NCBI RefSeq assembly: GCF_000025945.1 | Contig: NC_006138.1 | Coordinates: 1 to 32,000, forward strand | Reading direction: 5' to 3' | Source of the DNA: Desulfotalea psychrophila LSv54 | GTDB lineage: Bacteria > Desulfobacterota > Desulfobulbia > Desulfobulbales > Desulfocapsaceae | DNA length: 32,000 nt | Notes under the pieces: model-generated | What the model was told of the DNA's origin: nothing | Seen by the model: the letters and a program-made list of their open reading frames with translations, nothing else | The model's database searches: none | Made by a program: the position numbers and the translations under genes | In this document: one piece after another, positions 17,641 through 28,170 of the stretch | Position numbering within the stretch: position 1 is the stretch's first letter | Layout of the letters: each line of letters begins with the position of its first letter

Positions 17641-18408
17641 TCAGACCATGCCGATCCAGCCCTTAATCATCTTACGGAATCGATCAGATCTTGCAGTTTT
17701 TCTGGTAAGCTCAACTAACTGACCATAGCTTGAATTCTCGTATTCTGGCATCATCTTATTCCCCCATTGTGAGGGATCCCGATACGACTCCAATCCATGT
17801 TTTTTACTGAGAAGACTCAAAATAGACTGGTCATGTCGATGCTCAACAAATCCCGGATAATTTTCTCCGCAACTATTTACCTGATCGGTTAAAATTCTCT
17901 CATCCTGGGCATAGCGCAAATATTCATCAAAAAAAGAGAGAGATCGATCTGTCTTTTTTATCAAAACAAAACCGCCTATTCTCTGCATTGTTTCTTTATA
18001 TTTTTCTTCATCACAACCCAGCAAAACAAAGGCATCTCTCTTAGTCCATCTCTTTTCTATGTGCTCAAGATCAAAAACAATAACATCCTGTGACCTTTGC
18101 GTACTTATATCTATCAGAGGATCAATGCTCCCTATAAAATGGGAGCCCGAATCACAGTAGAACAAAAAATCACCATACGCCAACAGCTCTAGTGTTTTTT
18201 GTATAATATACGGCTTCCAAAGCCAATATCCCGCCCCTCGTTTTTGGGATAGTATCTTTTTATTTTTCTTGGCAAAGTCACTACCTATGTCCTTGGGGCC
18301 ATAGGAAATACATTGATCAAATCCACCGATAGCTATACCTGATTCACTGTTTTTTTTCTGTGCTTTTTTAAATGCATCATCCGCATAATTTATAAGTATT
18401 TTTCTCAT
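17641..18408 (-). CDS. Hypothetical protein in a polysaccharide locus, possibly a glycosyl- or other transferase
   Basis: A 255-aa ORF with an ATG start. The GAGYWLWKPYII and HRHDQSILSLL motifs recall uncharacterised capsule/LPS-locus proteins, but I cannot assign a family. It is AT-rich. Confidence 0.35.
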   Translation of the reverse strand: MRKILINYADDAFKKAQKKNSESGIAIGGFDQCISYGPKDIGSDFAKKNKKILSQKRGAGYWLWKPYIIQKTLELLAYGDFLFYCDSGSHFIGSIDPLIDISTQRSQDVIVFDLEHIEKRWTKRDAFVLLGCDEEKYKETMQRIGGFVLIKKTDRSLSFFDEYLRYAQDERILTDQVNSCGENYPGFVEHRHDQSILSLLSKKHGLESYRDPSQWGNKMMPEYENSSYGQLVELTRKTARSDRFRKMIKGWIGMV

Positions 18409-18555
18409 GCCTTACAGAAGGTAAAAATTAAAGACCTGCCTAAAAGAGCAGATCAGATAGATGTATTATCAGCAGAAATTAACCAGGAGAAACAACAAAG
18501 AAGAGAGCCGTCACTCTTTATGAGCAACCGGCTAGAGCAAAAAAACCATAAGTCA

Positions 18556-19203
18556 TCAATGTTCTGCTTTTTTAAGCAGAACATTAGGACGTGCCAGATC
18601 CCAACATATATTGGTCTTAACAATTTTTGCAGGATTACCAGCAATAAGTACATTATTTTCCTCAAAACTTTTCGTTACTATACTGCCCCACCCAACCATA
18701 CAATTATCGGCAATAATCACGTTCTTACCGATTTTCACATCAAGCCCGCACCAAACATGATCACCTATTTTAATATATCTTCCTCTATTGGTAACACAGT
18801 TATTCGTATCAAGCATGCTATGGCTATCTGTACACCAAATTTGTGCTCCCGCCGCAAAAGAGCAATCCCTGCCAATTTCAATGACACTCTTATCTTCAAG
18901 CATCATTATTGTTGAGCCATTGCTTTTACTATCTTGCCCTATTATCAAAGAACACTCACATACAGGACAATCATCCGTCCCTATATGAATAGTATCATTC
19001 ATAAGAGATGTGTTCTCTGCTATATATACGCGATTCCTGTCACCTATGATCGAAATCCGCATACTATCCAGTATTGATTTTGAGGTAATACTATTGCCAT
19101 CTCCCTTGATTGATATTTTCCGTACCTTACCTCTACCAGGAATAGAAACAATATTATCTGACCCCTCACTCTTAACCCTGCTAAAATAACTTAAAAAAAG
19201 CAT
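18556..19203 (-). CDS. Left-handed beta-helix (hexapeptide-repeat) sugar O-acetyltransferase
   Basis: The C-terminal hexapeptide repeats IGDHVWCGLDVKIGKNVIIADNCMVGWGSIVTKSF...IAGNPAKIV are WbbJ/MAT-like. Confidence 0.8.
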   Translation of the reverse strand: MLFLSYFSRVKSEGSDNIVSIPGRGKVRKISIKGDGNSITSKSILDSMRISIIGDRNRVYIAENTSLMNDTIHIGTDDCPVCECSLIIGQDSKSNGSTIMMLEDKSVIEIGRDCSFAAGAQIWCTDSHSMLDTNNCVTNRGRYIKIGDHVWCGLDVKIGKNVIIADNCMVGWGSIVTKSFEENNVLIAGNPAKIVKTNICWDLARPNVLLKKAEH

Positions 19204-19349
19204 ACGCTACCATCTCTTTAAGGTTTTGGCATCACACCCCATAATACCCTCACGGGAAAACTTTCATGCCACGATGGAAAAACAGACTCAACGCAATGTT
19301 ATTCCAATTTCTACGAGAATAATGATAAGCTGTTTCTGCAGATAAACGA

Positions 19350-20576
19350 TTATACATTATCCTCGGCAAGTTCTTCTCCCTGCCACTTCTTAGAAGAGAG
19401 CAAGGCGGGCACCAGAATAGTAAAAAGATATCCAGTAGAGCTACCACCTAACCAGCTATCACAGAGAGAACCAACAACAAAGGTAAGCAAGACCCCCTGC
19501 AACAACAGGCGATACCTGCTCTCCAGTGTAAAAGAGGCCCGAGCCGCAAAGAGCAGAGCAGCAATAAAGAGGGCCATCCCTGCAAGCCCCGCCTCTACTC
19601 CAACAAGCAGAAATGCATTATGGGGCCCCTTCATAGGAGGAACCCGAGTCCCCCTAATCAACTCACCGTGAACCACAGGAAAAGAGGCAGGACCAGTACC
19701 GAGAAAAGGTGCCTCGGCGATGAGCTTTAAAGAATTGATCTGCCACGCTATGCGTAGGGAAACATTGTTAAACTTCCCATGAGAAATCTCTTCTTGGTAA
19801 TTTGTTACGGTATTATAGAGTTCTCGCCCCTGATTCATAAACTTAGGGGAGGTCTGAACCAGTACAACAAGAGAGAGAGCAAGCATTAGTCCACCAACAA
19901 ACATTTTCTTCCATGAGAGTGTTTGCACCAGCAGCAAGAGGGCAAGGGCAAAGAAAACCACCATCCCTGTCAAACTACGCTGCAGATAAAAAATATCGGC
20001 AAAGCTCAGCAGGGCAACTCCACCCCAAAACAATCGGTGCAAGATGGAAGAATCCTTTAATCTATGGCAGGAGACATAAAAGAGCAGGGCCATCATACCA
20101 CTACTAAAACTCGGGTGGATGGGTGAATTATACGCACCAGCCCAGCCATAGCTTCTCGAAATCTGGCCAAAATAGACGAAAAATGTCTCTATCAGTAGAA
20201 CAACAAAGGCGGCCAAAAAGGCGTTAACGACCCAATCCACCCCCTTTCGCTGTCGTCTGCAGAAAAATATTACCATTGCCGGAAAAAGCAGGCCGCGCAT
20301 GCCCTTAACCCGATCAAGCACCTCATCCATCGGCCCCACCGAATAGGATATGCCAACACAGTAGAGGATAAAGAGGGCAAAGGCAGAGAGAGCCATTGGG
20401 TACCTGCGCAAGGTCGGGACAAACTCTTTATAGCCCCGTGCCAACAGCCAAGACAAGATAAAGAGAATAGTGGTAATCGTCTTTCCCGTAGTCGTTATAA
20501 CAGAACAAAAACAGGCCAAAGCGATAAAAGTCACTCCAGCCCACTCCAGATAATTCATTTTTTTTTCAGTCAACAT
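19350..20576 (-). CDS. O-antigen ligase/polymerase family (Wzy_C domain) membrane protein
   Basis: It has about 10 or more TM segments. A periplasmic loop carries GTGPASF...[19 protein letters not shown], typical of Wzy_C/O-antigen ligase-like proteins. Confidence 0.75.
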   Translation of the reverse strand: MLTEKKMNYLEWAGVTFIALACFCSVITTTGKTITTILFILSWLLARGYKEFVPTLRRYPMALSAFALFILYCVGISYSVGPMDEVLDRVKGMRGLLFPAMVIFFCRRQRKGVDWVVNAFLAAFVVLLIETFFVYFGQISRSYGWAGAYNSPIHPSFSSGMMALLFYVSCHRLKDSSILHRLFWGGVALLSFADIFYLQRSLTGMVVFFALALLLLVQTLSWKKMFVGGLMLALSLVVLVQTSPKFMNQGRELYNTVTNYQEEISHGKFNNVSLRIAWQINSLKLIAEAPFLGTGPASFPVVHGELIRGTRVPPMKGPHNAFLLVGVEAGLAGMALFIAALLFAARASFTLESRYRLLLQGVLLTFVVGSLCDSWLGGSSTGYLFTILVPALLSSKKWQGEELAEDNV

Positions 20577-20600
20577 AAATTCTCATTAAAAACAGATGCA

Positions 20601-20891
<291 letters not shown>

Positions 20892-20892
20892 T

Positions 20893-21048
20893 GTGCCATA
20901 AGCAACTATCGTGTCAAGCGCTAATCTCAACTGTATTTTCAGCTTTTTCTAATATCCGCCATTGCGCTAGCGCTTCACTGCTAATATCTCGTATCTGTCG
21001 TTTCTGCCCTTTCTAACAGCTGACAACTCTAAACTTACAGCTGTCTTT
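20893..21048. repeat. Mosaic repeat block (inverse orientation) adjoining the heptamer array
   Basis: 20893-20956 is ~83% identical to 26257-26320. It is followed by atccgccattgcgctagcgcttcactgctaatatctcgtatctg and aacagctgacaac...acagctg words. Confidence 0.8.
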
Positions 21049-21915
21049 CTACAGCTCCAGCCCCTGCAAATACTCCCGCAAAGGGCCGCCAATCTCAGGA
21101 TGCTCCAGGGCAAAGGCAATATTGGCCTTCTGGAAGCCCACCTTATCGCCACAATCAAAACGGGTCCCTTCAAAACCGACCCCGAAAATAGGCTGCTCGG
21201 CAAGCAGGGCCACCATGGCATCTGTGACCTGAATCTCCCCACCGGCACCGGTCTGCTGTTTGCCAAGGAAGTCAAAGATACGGGGGGTAAAGATATAGCG
21301 GCCAATGGCGGCAAGGTTAGAAGGAGCATCTTCCGGCTTTGGCTTCTCCACCATGGAGGAGATTTGCAGGATACCATCATAGACCGTCTCACCCTCCAGA
21401 ATACCGTAACGATTGGTCTCCTCCCGTGGAACCTCAATGGTAGCCACCATGGAGGCCCGCAAACGATCAAACTGGTGGATCATCTGCTGCAAGACAGGCT
21501 TTTCACTCTTAATAAGATCATCGGCCAAAAGGACGGCAAAGGGTTCATCCCCCACCACATCACGGGCACACCAGATGGCATGACCAAGCCCTAATGGCTG
21601 ACTCTGGCGAGTGTAAATAATAGACCCGGAGGCGGGGACCAGAGACTCCACCGTACGCAGCAGCTCATCCTTACCACGTTTACGCAGGGTATCCTCCAGC
21701 TGATAACTACTGTCAAAATGATTTTCCAGGGCCGACTTACCACTGCCCGTGACAAAGATCAGTTGCTCTATACCAGAGGCCAGGGCCTCCTCCACCGCAT
21801 ACTGGATAAGCGGCTTGTCCACCACGGGAAGCATCTCCTTAGGCATCGCCTTGGTGGCAGGGAGAAAACGCGTTCCTAAACCTGCTACGGGAAAAATAGC
21901 CTTTTTTACTCTCAT
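21049..21915 (-). CDS. galU: UTP--glucose-1-phosphate uridylyltransferase
   Basis: The N-terminus KAIFPVAGLGTRFLPATKAMPKEMLPVVDKPLIQY and the VEKP motif match GalU. Length is 288 aa. Confidence 0.93.
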   Translation of the reverse strand: MRVKKAIFPVAGLGTRFLPATKAMPKEMLPVVDKPLIQYAVEEALASGIEQLIFVTGSGKSALENHFDSSYQLEDTLRKRGKDELLRTVESLVPASGSIIYTRQSQPLGLGHAIWCARDVVGDEPFAVLLADDLIKSEKPVLQQMIHQFDRLRASMVATIEVPREETNRYGILEGETVYDGILQISSMVEKPKPEDAPSNLAAIGRYIFTPRIFDFLGKQQTGAGGEIQVTDAMVALLAEQPIFGVGFEGTRFDCGDKVGFQKANIAFALEHPEIGGPLREYLQGLEL

Positions 21916-21943
21916 AATTCCTCATATATTTTAATAATAACAA

Positions 21944-22255
21944 ATTTAACCACAGAGGACGAGGAGGACACAGAGAGGACATCTTAGGTAAACTGCTTAA
22001 GAACAAAACCATGAGAGAGATTAGTAACTCCCAAAAGATCGCCCTTTGATCTTTAATTTTTTTCTCCGCCCGTCGCCCGTCCACGATGCTCCAATGCTAT
22101 AGCTCTCTCTTCTCTCTATGTCTTTGACTGCAGTGGTTAGCGTTTTCGCTTTTTAAATAATTACCTCTGTGTTCTCTGTGACCTCTGTGGTTAGTCGCTG
22201 TTTCTCTTGCTTTTAGGTAGTGGCAGTTCACCAAAAAACCTCTGTGGTTAATTGT
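21944..22255. repeat. Intergenic mosaic dyad
   Basis: The left arm is tttaaccacagaggacgaggaggacacagagaggacatcttaggtaaa (21945-21990). The right arm has cores at 22112-22140, 22164-22194 (cctctgtgttctctgtgacctctgtggttag) and 22239-22252. Confidence 0.85.
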
Positions 22256-22262
22256 CCTTCTT

Positions 22263-23219
22263 TTAATCTCTATAATTATCCTGATTCGATAAAAACCAGG
22301 CATAGGTCTCAGCCAAACCCTCACGAAGAGATATCTGCGCCCGCCAACCAAGATCAGCCAGACGAGAGACATCCATCAACTTGCGAGGAGTACCATCGGG
22401 TTTGCTGCTATCAAAGACAAGCGCGCCGGCAAAACCCACAACCTCAGCCATAGTCTCGGCAAGCTCACGGATAGTGCAGTCCAGCCCGGTACCCACATTA
22501 ATGTGGGAGAGCATGGGTTCGGTGTGCTGACTATAAATATCCCTGTCAAGATTCATCACATGGACCGAGGCCGCCGCCATATCATCTACGTGCAAAAACT
22601 CCCGCATCGGCGTCCCCGTACCCCAGACCACAACCTCTGCTGCACCGGCTAGCTTGGCCTCATGGAAACGACGGAGCATGGCGGGAATCACATGACTGTT
22701 CTCGGGATGAAAATTATCATTCATACCATAGAGATTGGTGGGCATCACCGAACGGTAATCTACCCCATACTGACGATTATAGGATTCACAGAGCTTGATC
22801 CCGGCAATCTTGGCCAGGGCATAGGGCTCATTGGTGGCCTCAAGTACCCCGGTGAGCAGGGCAGACTCCGCCATGGGTTGCTCAGCAAGCTTGGGATAAA
22901 TACAGGACGAGCCCAGAAACAGGAGCTTTCTCACCCCATGCAGATAGGCCTGATGGATGATATTGGCCTCCATCATCATATTCTGATAGATGAATTCGGC
23001 AGGATAGGTGTTATTGGCATGAATCCCGCCCACCTTGGCAGCGGCCAGATAAACCACGTCCGGTCGTTCCTCCTCAAAAAAATTCGCCACAGCCCGCTGA
23101 TCCACCAGATCCAACTGCGCATGGGTCCGGGTCACAATCTCTCCCGCGCCCATCTCCTCCAACCTTCTGACAATGGCCGATCCGACCATGCCCCGATGCC
23201 CTGCTACATATATTTTCAT
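22263..23219 (-). CDS. fcl: GDP-L-fucose synthase (GDP-4-keto-6-deoxymannose 3,5-epimerase/4-reductase)
   Basis: Similarity to E. coli Fcl is high along the whole length ([63 protein letters not shown]). ATG at 23217-23219 has GAGGAAGAG upstream. The ORF-track start at 23234 is TTG. Confidence 0.95.
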   Translation of the reverse strand: MKIYVAGHRGMVGSAIVRRLEEMGAGEIVTRTHAQLDLVDQRAVANFFEEERPDVVYLAAAKVGGIHANNTYPAEFIYQNMMMEANIIHQAYLHGVRKLLFLGSSCIYPKLAEQPMAESALLTGVLEATNEPYALAKIAGIKLCESYNRQYGVDYRSVMPTNLYGMNDNFHPENSHVIPAMLRRFHEAKLAGAAEVVVWGTGTPMREFLHVDDMAAASVHVMNLDRDIYSQHTEPMLSHINVGTGLDCTIRELAETMAEVVGFAGALVFDSSKPDGTPRKLMDVSRLADLGWRAQISLREGLAETYAWFLSNQDNYRD

Positions 23220-23247
23220 AACACTCTTCCTCAATCATAAAAACAAC

Positions 23248-23281
23248 ATTTACCACAGAGTCCACAGAGGACACAGAGAAC
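23248..23281. repeat. Mosaic repeat core (CCACAGAG x3 orientation)
   Basis: The core atttaccacagagtccacagaggacacagagaac lies immediately upstream of fcl. Confidence 0.8.
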
Positions 23282-23493
23282 TACTTTTTTTTATCAAAAA
23301 CAAAACAGAATAAAAGCTAGCATACTATCGAAGACGGCAGCACAAAGAATTGCAGAACGCACTGAAAAGGTGATAGGAAAAATCGCTAGGCTGAAATAGA
23401 CTCATTCCAGATAGGATTGATATTTCTAAGAAGCCCACCTAAGAAGTGTTCACCCTAAAACTTTTCTCTGTAGTTGAAATCAAAACAGGGACA

Positions 23494-23890
23494 GTTAACC
23501 ACTGCTTAGGAGTACACAGAGAGGACCTTTTAGGTAAAGGACCAAAAGCGTTAAGGCTAGAATCATTTGAAAAAATAAATTGTTCCAAATCAATCTGTTA
23601 TTATGCTTTTTAAATAATTCCCTCTGTGTGCTCAGTGCTCTCTGTGGTTAGTCGCTGTTGTTGCTTTTAAGCAGTCGCCATTCCGCTCGCCACTCGTTGT
23701 CGCTCGCTGCTACTCCACTGCTCAGTAGTTCAAAAAAAGTCCTCTGTGTCCTCGGTTCCAGTGATTAACTATCCTTCTTTTTCTCGCTGTTTCTCTCGTT
23801 GTTGCTTTTAGCTTTTCACCAAAAAAGCCTCTGTGTCCTCGGTTCCAGTGGTTAACCCTTTTCGCTTTTGATCTTTTAGGCAGTGGTTGA
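23494..23890. repeat. Intergenic mosaic dyad with three inverse-orientation units
   Basis: The left arm is gttaaccactgcttaggagtacacagagaggaccttttaggtaaagg (23494-23540). The right arm has cores at 23620-23651, 23741-23769 and 23828-23856, with tcgccattccgctcgcc...ctccactgctcag between them. Confidence 0.85.
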
Positions 23891-23901
23891 TGTAGTTGTC
23901 T

Positions 23902-24273
23902 TTACAAAACAAGACGTCGAACACCATCCACCAAGCGAAGCACATTAAAATTAATCAGCAAACCTGTCCGCACCCCAGCAAGCTTCATATAGGTCAAGAC
24001 CTGGGCCGTATGAAGTGGCAACAGCTTATCAACCACCTTCAGTTCAACAATAAGTTCATCAGCAACTAAAAGATCAATACGGTATCCAGCATCAATCTCA
24101 ATATCCTTATACCGGATGGGCAAGGCAACCTGTGTACGCACAGCGATGTTCAGACATTGCAATTCATACAACAAACAGCGCTCATAACTAGATTCAAGCA
24201 AACCTGGACCAAGCTGACGATGAACTTCTATGGCACAGCCAATAACCGTACCAGTCAACTCCTTAGTATCCAT
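23902..24273 (-). CDS. GxxExxY protein (PD-(D/E)XK nuclease-fold, PDDEXK_3-like)
   Basis: The motif LGPGLLESSYERCLLYEL (GxxExxY) is followed by IDLLVADELIVELK. The true start is MDTKELTG at 24271-24273. The longer ORF-track N-terminus (to 24450) only translates repeat words such as PHKQWL. Confidence 0.8.
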   Translation of the reverse strand: MDTKELTGTVIGCAIEVHRQLGPGLLESSYERCLLYELQCLNIAVRTQVALPIRYKDIEIDAGYRIDLLVADELIVELKVVDKLLPLHTAQVLTYMKLAGVRTGLLINFNVLRLVDGVRRLVL

Positions 24274-24275
24274 AA

Positions 24276-24845
24276 CATCCTCTGTGTTCTTGATTCCAAT
24301 AATTAAAAAAAAAACAATAACAGAAAGAACAAGGACGGCTAACCACTGCTTATGAGGACACGGAGAAAGACTTTTATATAAACCGCTTAAAGCAAAAAAC
24401 AAATTCGAAAATATAAACACTAGAACCCCTAAGAACAACTCAGCTAACATGTTGGATTTTATTTTTGTCTTTCATCTCGTATCTCTGCTTTTTAAATAAT
24501 TTCCTCTGTGATCTCTGTGCCCTCTATGGTTAGTCGCTGTGGCTTTTTAAATAATTACCTCTGTGTCCTTGGTTGCCAGTGGTTAACCGTTTTTCTCGCT
24601 GTTCCTCGTTGCTGTTTTTCTCGCTTTTGCTGTGGCTTTTTACCCAAAAAACCTCTGTGTTCTCATAAGCAGTGGTTAACTTCTTTTTTCTGCTTTTTCT
24701 CGCTATTCCGCTCGCCGCTACGCTGCTGCTGTTGCTGTGGTATTTTACCTAAAATCCTCTGTGATCTTGGTTGCCAGTGGTTAGTCGCTGTGGCTTTTTA
24801 AATAATTACCTCTGTGCGCTCGGTTGCAGTGGTTAACTTTTTCTT
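24276..24845. repeat. Intergenic mosaic dyad with five inverse-orientation units
   Basis: The left arm is ggctaaccactgcttatgaggacacggagaaagacttttatataaacc (24337-24385). The right arm has catctcgtatctctg, then cores at 24503-24533, 24558-24587, 24652-24680, 24756-24784 and 24809-24837. Three of these are preceded by tttttaaataattWcctctgtg. Confidence 0.85.
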
Positions 24846-24848
24846 TTT

Positions 24849-25964
24849 TTATTCCTTAGTGACGGGAATTGTGTAACCGTGCAATTTCAACAAAGCATGC
24901 TGCTTAGCCTTAGCAAGATCGTTAGCCACCATCTCAGCACACATCTCCTCCACGGTGATCTCAGGGACCCAACCAAGCTTCTCCTTAGCCTTAGTAGGAT
25001 CACCAAGCAGGGTCTCCACCTCGGCAGGACGGAAGTAACGGGGATTCACTCGAACCACCACATCACCCACCTGAACCGCAGGGGCATCTTCACCCACAAT
25101 AGCCTTTACTGTTCCAACCTCAGCCAAGCCCTCACCGCTGAACTCAAGCTCGAAACCAGCTTCCTTGGCCGATAGCCGGACAAAGTCACGTACCGAAATC
25201 TGCCTGCCCGTAGCAATAACAAAATCATCGGGAGCATCCTGCTGGAGCATCATCCACTGCATACGGACATAATCCTTGGCGTGGCCCCAATCACGCAGGG
25301 CATCCATATTACCAAGGTAGACACACTCCTCGAGTCCCTGGGCAATATTGGCAAAGGCACGGGTAATCTTGCGGGTAACAAAGGTCTCACCGCGACGAGG
25401 CGACTCATGGTTAAAGAGAATGCCGTTACAGGCATACATACCGTAGGATTCACGGTAATTTATGGTAATCCAATAGGCATACATCTTGGCCACTGCATAG
25501 GGTGAGCGGGGATGAAATGGGGTCGTCTCAGTCTGGGGAATCTCCTGCACCTCACCAAAGAGCTCCGAAGTCGAGGCCTGATAAAAACGGGTCTTCTTCT
25601 CAAGCCCCAAAAAGCGAATGGCCTCCAAGATGCGTAGGGTGCCATTGGCCACAACATCGGCAGTATATTCAGGAGCCTCAAAAGAGACGGCCACATGGGA
25701 CTGAGCAGCAAGATTATAGACCTCATCGGGCTGCACCTCTTTGAGGATACGGGTAAGATTGGAGGAGTCAGTCAAATCACCGTAATGGAGAAAAAACCTG
25801 GGATTCTCGGCATTGGGATCCTGATAAATATGATCAATCCGCTCGGTATTAAAGGAGGAGGCCCGCCTCTTGATGCCATGTACCTCATAACCCTTCTCCA
25901 ACAACAACTCCGCCAAATAGGACCCATCTTGGCCGGTAATACCGGTAATCAATGCCTTCTTCAT
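24849..25964 (-). CDS. gmd: GDP-mannose 4,6-dehydratase
   Basis: It is near-collinear with E. coli Gmd ([83 protein letters not shown]). ATG at 25962-25964 has GGAG upstream. Confidence 0.95.
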   Translation of the reverse strand: MKKALITGITGQDGSYLAELLLEKGYEVHGIKRRASSFNTERIDHIYQDPNAENPRFFLHYGDLTDSSNLTRILKEVQPDEVYNLAAQSHVAVSFEAPEYTADVVANGTLRILEAIRFLGLEKKTRFYQASTSELFGEVQEIPQTETTPFHPRSPYAVAKMYAYWITINYRESYGMYACNGILFNHESPRRGETFVTRKITRAFANIAQGLEECVYLGNMDALRDWGHAKDYVRMQWMMLQQDAPDDFVIATGRQISVRDFVRLSAKEAGFELEFSGEGLAEVGTVKAIVGEDAPAVQVGDVVVRVNPRYFRPAEVETLLGDPTKAKEKLGWVPEITVEEMCAEMVANDLAKAKQHALLKLHGYTIPVTKE

Positions 25965-26132
25965 AATCACTCCACAATATATTTTCAGAGAAACCCTATA
26001 AAGCCTAATGGTAATTTATCCAGCACCACAATAGAAGCTTACAGGACAAAAAACAACTTCTTTCCCATTGCCGAACAGAGCCAATGGTCTGCATGGAATT
26101 TTATAAAACATGACCCTCAAAAACAGAAAAAA

Positions 26133-26745
26133 GTTAACCACTGGCTGAAGAACACAGAGAGGACCGTTTAGGTAAAAGACAAAAAATACAGCGATAAGCT
26201 GGAGCAGTGGAGTATTACGGAATGGCGAGCTGTCAGACAGAAAAGAGATGTGAGATGCGCCACAGGCAACTGTCATGTCAAGCGCTAATCTCAGTTCTCT
26301 TTTCAGCTTTTTCTAGCATCTAATAGCTGTAGTCCCCTGATAGCTGATAACTCAAAAGCATACAGCTTCTTTTCCCTCTGTGTACTTGGTTACAGTGGTT
26401 TTAAGCTTTTCTCGCTATGTCTCTCGCCTTTCGCCACTTCGCTGCTATCTTTTAGGTAGTGGCTTTTTACCAAAAAATCTCTGTGTGCTTGGTTGCAGTG
26501 GTTAGTCCTTTCTTGCTGTTATATTTTATCGCTGTTGTCGTTGCTGTTGTAGTTACTTTTCGCTTTTCGCTTTTTAAATAATTTCCTCTGTGTTCTTCAG
26601 CCAGTGGTTAACTGCTTTTTAGCTTTTTCTCGCTGTTTCTCTCACTGTTTTTTCGCTTTTCGCTTTTTAAATAATTTCCTCTGTGTTCTTCAGCCAGTGG
26701 TTAACTGCTTTTTAGCCCTATGTGGCCCTATGTGGCAGGATAGTT
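26133..26745. repeat. Intergenic mosaic dyad including a 67-bp direct duplication
   Basis: The left arm is gttaaccactggctgaagaacacagagaggaccgtttaggtaaaag...ggagcagtggagtattacggaatggcgagctgtcag, then degenerate heptads gagatgtgagatgcg. The right arm has cores at 26374, 26478, 26585 and 26678. 26557-26623 is duplicated at 26650-26716. It ends with cctatgtggc x2. Confidence 0.85.
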
Positions 26746-26961
26746 TACGCCCTTACTCTTGCCCTTTCTGACACCTATCGGTATTCCTGCCCTCACTTCT
26801 GAGCAAAAAAAGTGGTTTGTTGCAAAAATTAGCCTCACTAAGACTCCACAAAATGGGGTAAGATCAAAATGGCTATTTTTTATATGGAATCAATATTATG
26901 CTGAAGCTGTTATCTTAATACAATTTTGAAAAGTAAAAAATCAATTTAGAGAGGCAGAGGG

Positions 26962-27990
26962 ATGGGAGCATTAAATATCCTGGTGACAGGCGGGGCTGGT
27001 TATATTGGCAGTCATACCTGTCTGGAATTGCTAGAGGCAGGCTATGAGGTCACCGTTGTGGATGATCTGTCAAATTCGTGTTATGAAGCCCTAGCCCGGG
27101 TGGAGACACTTACTGAAAAAAAAATAACCTTTCATCAGGTAAATGTCCTTGACCAGCAGGCCCTCGATGCTGTTTTTGTAAGTAGCAAAAAGCCCTTTGC
27201 CGCAGTGATTCATTTTGCGGGACTAAAGGCAGTTGGTGAGTCTGTGGCCGAGCCACTCCGTTATTATCATAATAATGTCACGGGAACCCTTGTCCTCTGT
27301 GACCTTATGGCTAAGCACGGGCTGAAAAATATTATCTTCAGCTCTTCGGCAACGGTTTATGGTGATCCAGCAACTGTCCCCATAACCGAAGATTTCCCTC
27401 TTTCCTGTACCAACCCCTACGGACGCACCAAATTGATGGTAGAGGAGATTCTTGCCGATCTCCATGGGGCAGACCATGAGTGGAATGCCTGCCTGCTCCG
27501 CTATTTTAATCCTGTCGGAGCTCACAAAAGCGGGCGGATAGGAGAAGACCCCAATGGCATTCCCAATAACCTCATGCCTTATATTGCCCAGGTCGCCATT
27601 GGTCGTCTTGATTACCTGTCAGTTTTTGGCAATGACTACCCTACGGTCGATGGCACGGGGGTGCGGGATTATATTCATGTGGTCGATCTGGCCAAAGGGC
27701 ATGTCTGTGCTGTAAAAAAAATTCTTGAGGGTCGGGGCATCACAACCTACAATCTGGGAACAGGTCATGGCTGCAGTGTCCTTGAGATGGCGAGCGCCTT
27801 CTCCAGAGCCTGCGGCCATGATGTCGCCTATAAAATAGTAGCGAGACGGGCAGGTGATGTAGCAGTATATTGTGCAGACGCAACCAAGGCATTGGATGAG
27901 CTCGGTTGGTCAACCTCCCTCGGCCTTGAGGACATGTGCGAAGACACCTGGCGCTGGCAGAAAAATAATCCCACGGGCTATCGGCAATAG
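26962..27990 (+). CDS. galE: UDP-glucose 4-epimerase
   Basis: It has [21 protein letters not shown], the catalytic YGRTK (YxxxK) and the DYIHVVDLA motif. Length is 342 aa, with ATG and GAGG upstream. Confidence 0.92.
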   Translation: MGALNILVTGGAGYIGSHTCLELLEAGYEVTVVDDLSNSCYEALARVETLTEKKITFHQVNVLDQQALDAVFVSSKKPFAAVIHFAGLKAVGESVAEPLRYYHNNVTGTLVLCDLMAKHGLKNIIFSSSATVYGDPATVPITEDFPLSCTNPYGRTKLMVEEILADLHGADHEWNACLLRYFNPVGAHKSGRIGEDPNGIPNNLMPYIAQVAIGRLDYLSVFGNDYPTVDGTGVRDYIHVVDLAKGHVCAVKKILEGRGITTYNLGTGHGCSVLEMASAFSRACGHDVAYKIVARRAGDVAVYCADATKALDELGWSTSLGLEDMCEDTWRWQKNNPTGYRQ

Positions 27991-28170
27991 GGAGAGGATA
28001 CAAGACAGTGGGATAAAGCCGTTACTTGCCTTCGCTAGAAGGCTAAATCCATACCTACACGAAGGATGCATCAGCCATTCACCCAATGGATATTTGCACT
28101 CTCGAAGGGATAAGATTGCTCAAGCGGATAGCTTATGGATATCGAGACACGGCCCCAAAAAAACAAAAGA

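Noticed and set aside
20967-21470. 167-aa minus-strand ORF overlapping galU
   Set aside because: It is out of frame within the strongly supported galU CDS. It is Arg/Pro/Trp-rich, as expected from off-frame translation of a GC-richer gene.
24274-24450. N-terminal 59-aa extension of the GxxExxY ORF (ORF track 23902..24450)
   Set aside because: The extension translates repeat words (PHKQWL is AACCACTGCTTATGAGG). The family's typical N-terminus begins at MDTKELTG (ATG 24271-24273).
24508-24801. Cys-rich 97-aa ORF, plus similar small ORFs at 12406..12612, 12596..12805, 22097..22372 (HRGHREHRG) and 7906..8181
   Set aside because: Their sequences are just translations of the mosaic words (CTCTGTG gives LCV or SV, CCACAGAGG gives HRG). 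They have no RBS or start context and no conservation logic.
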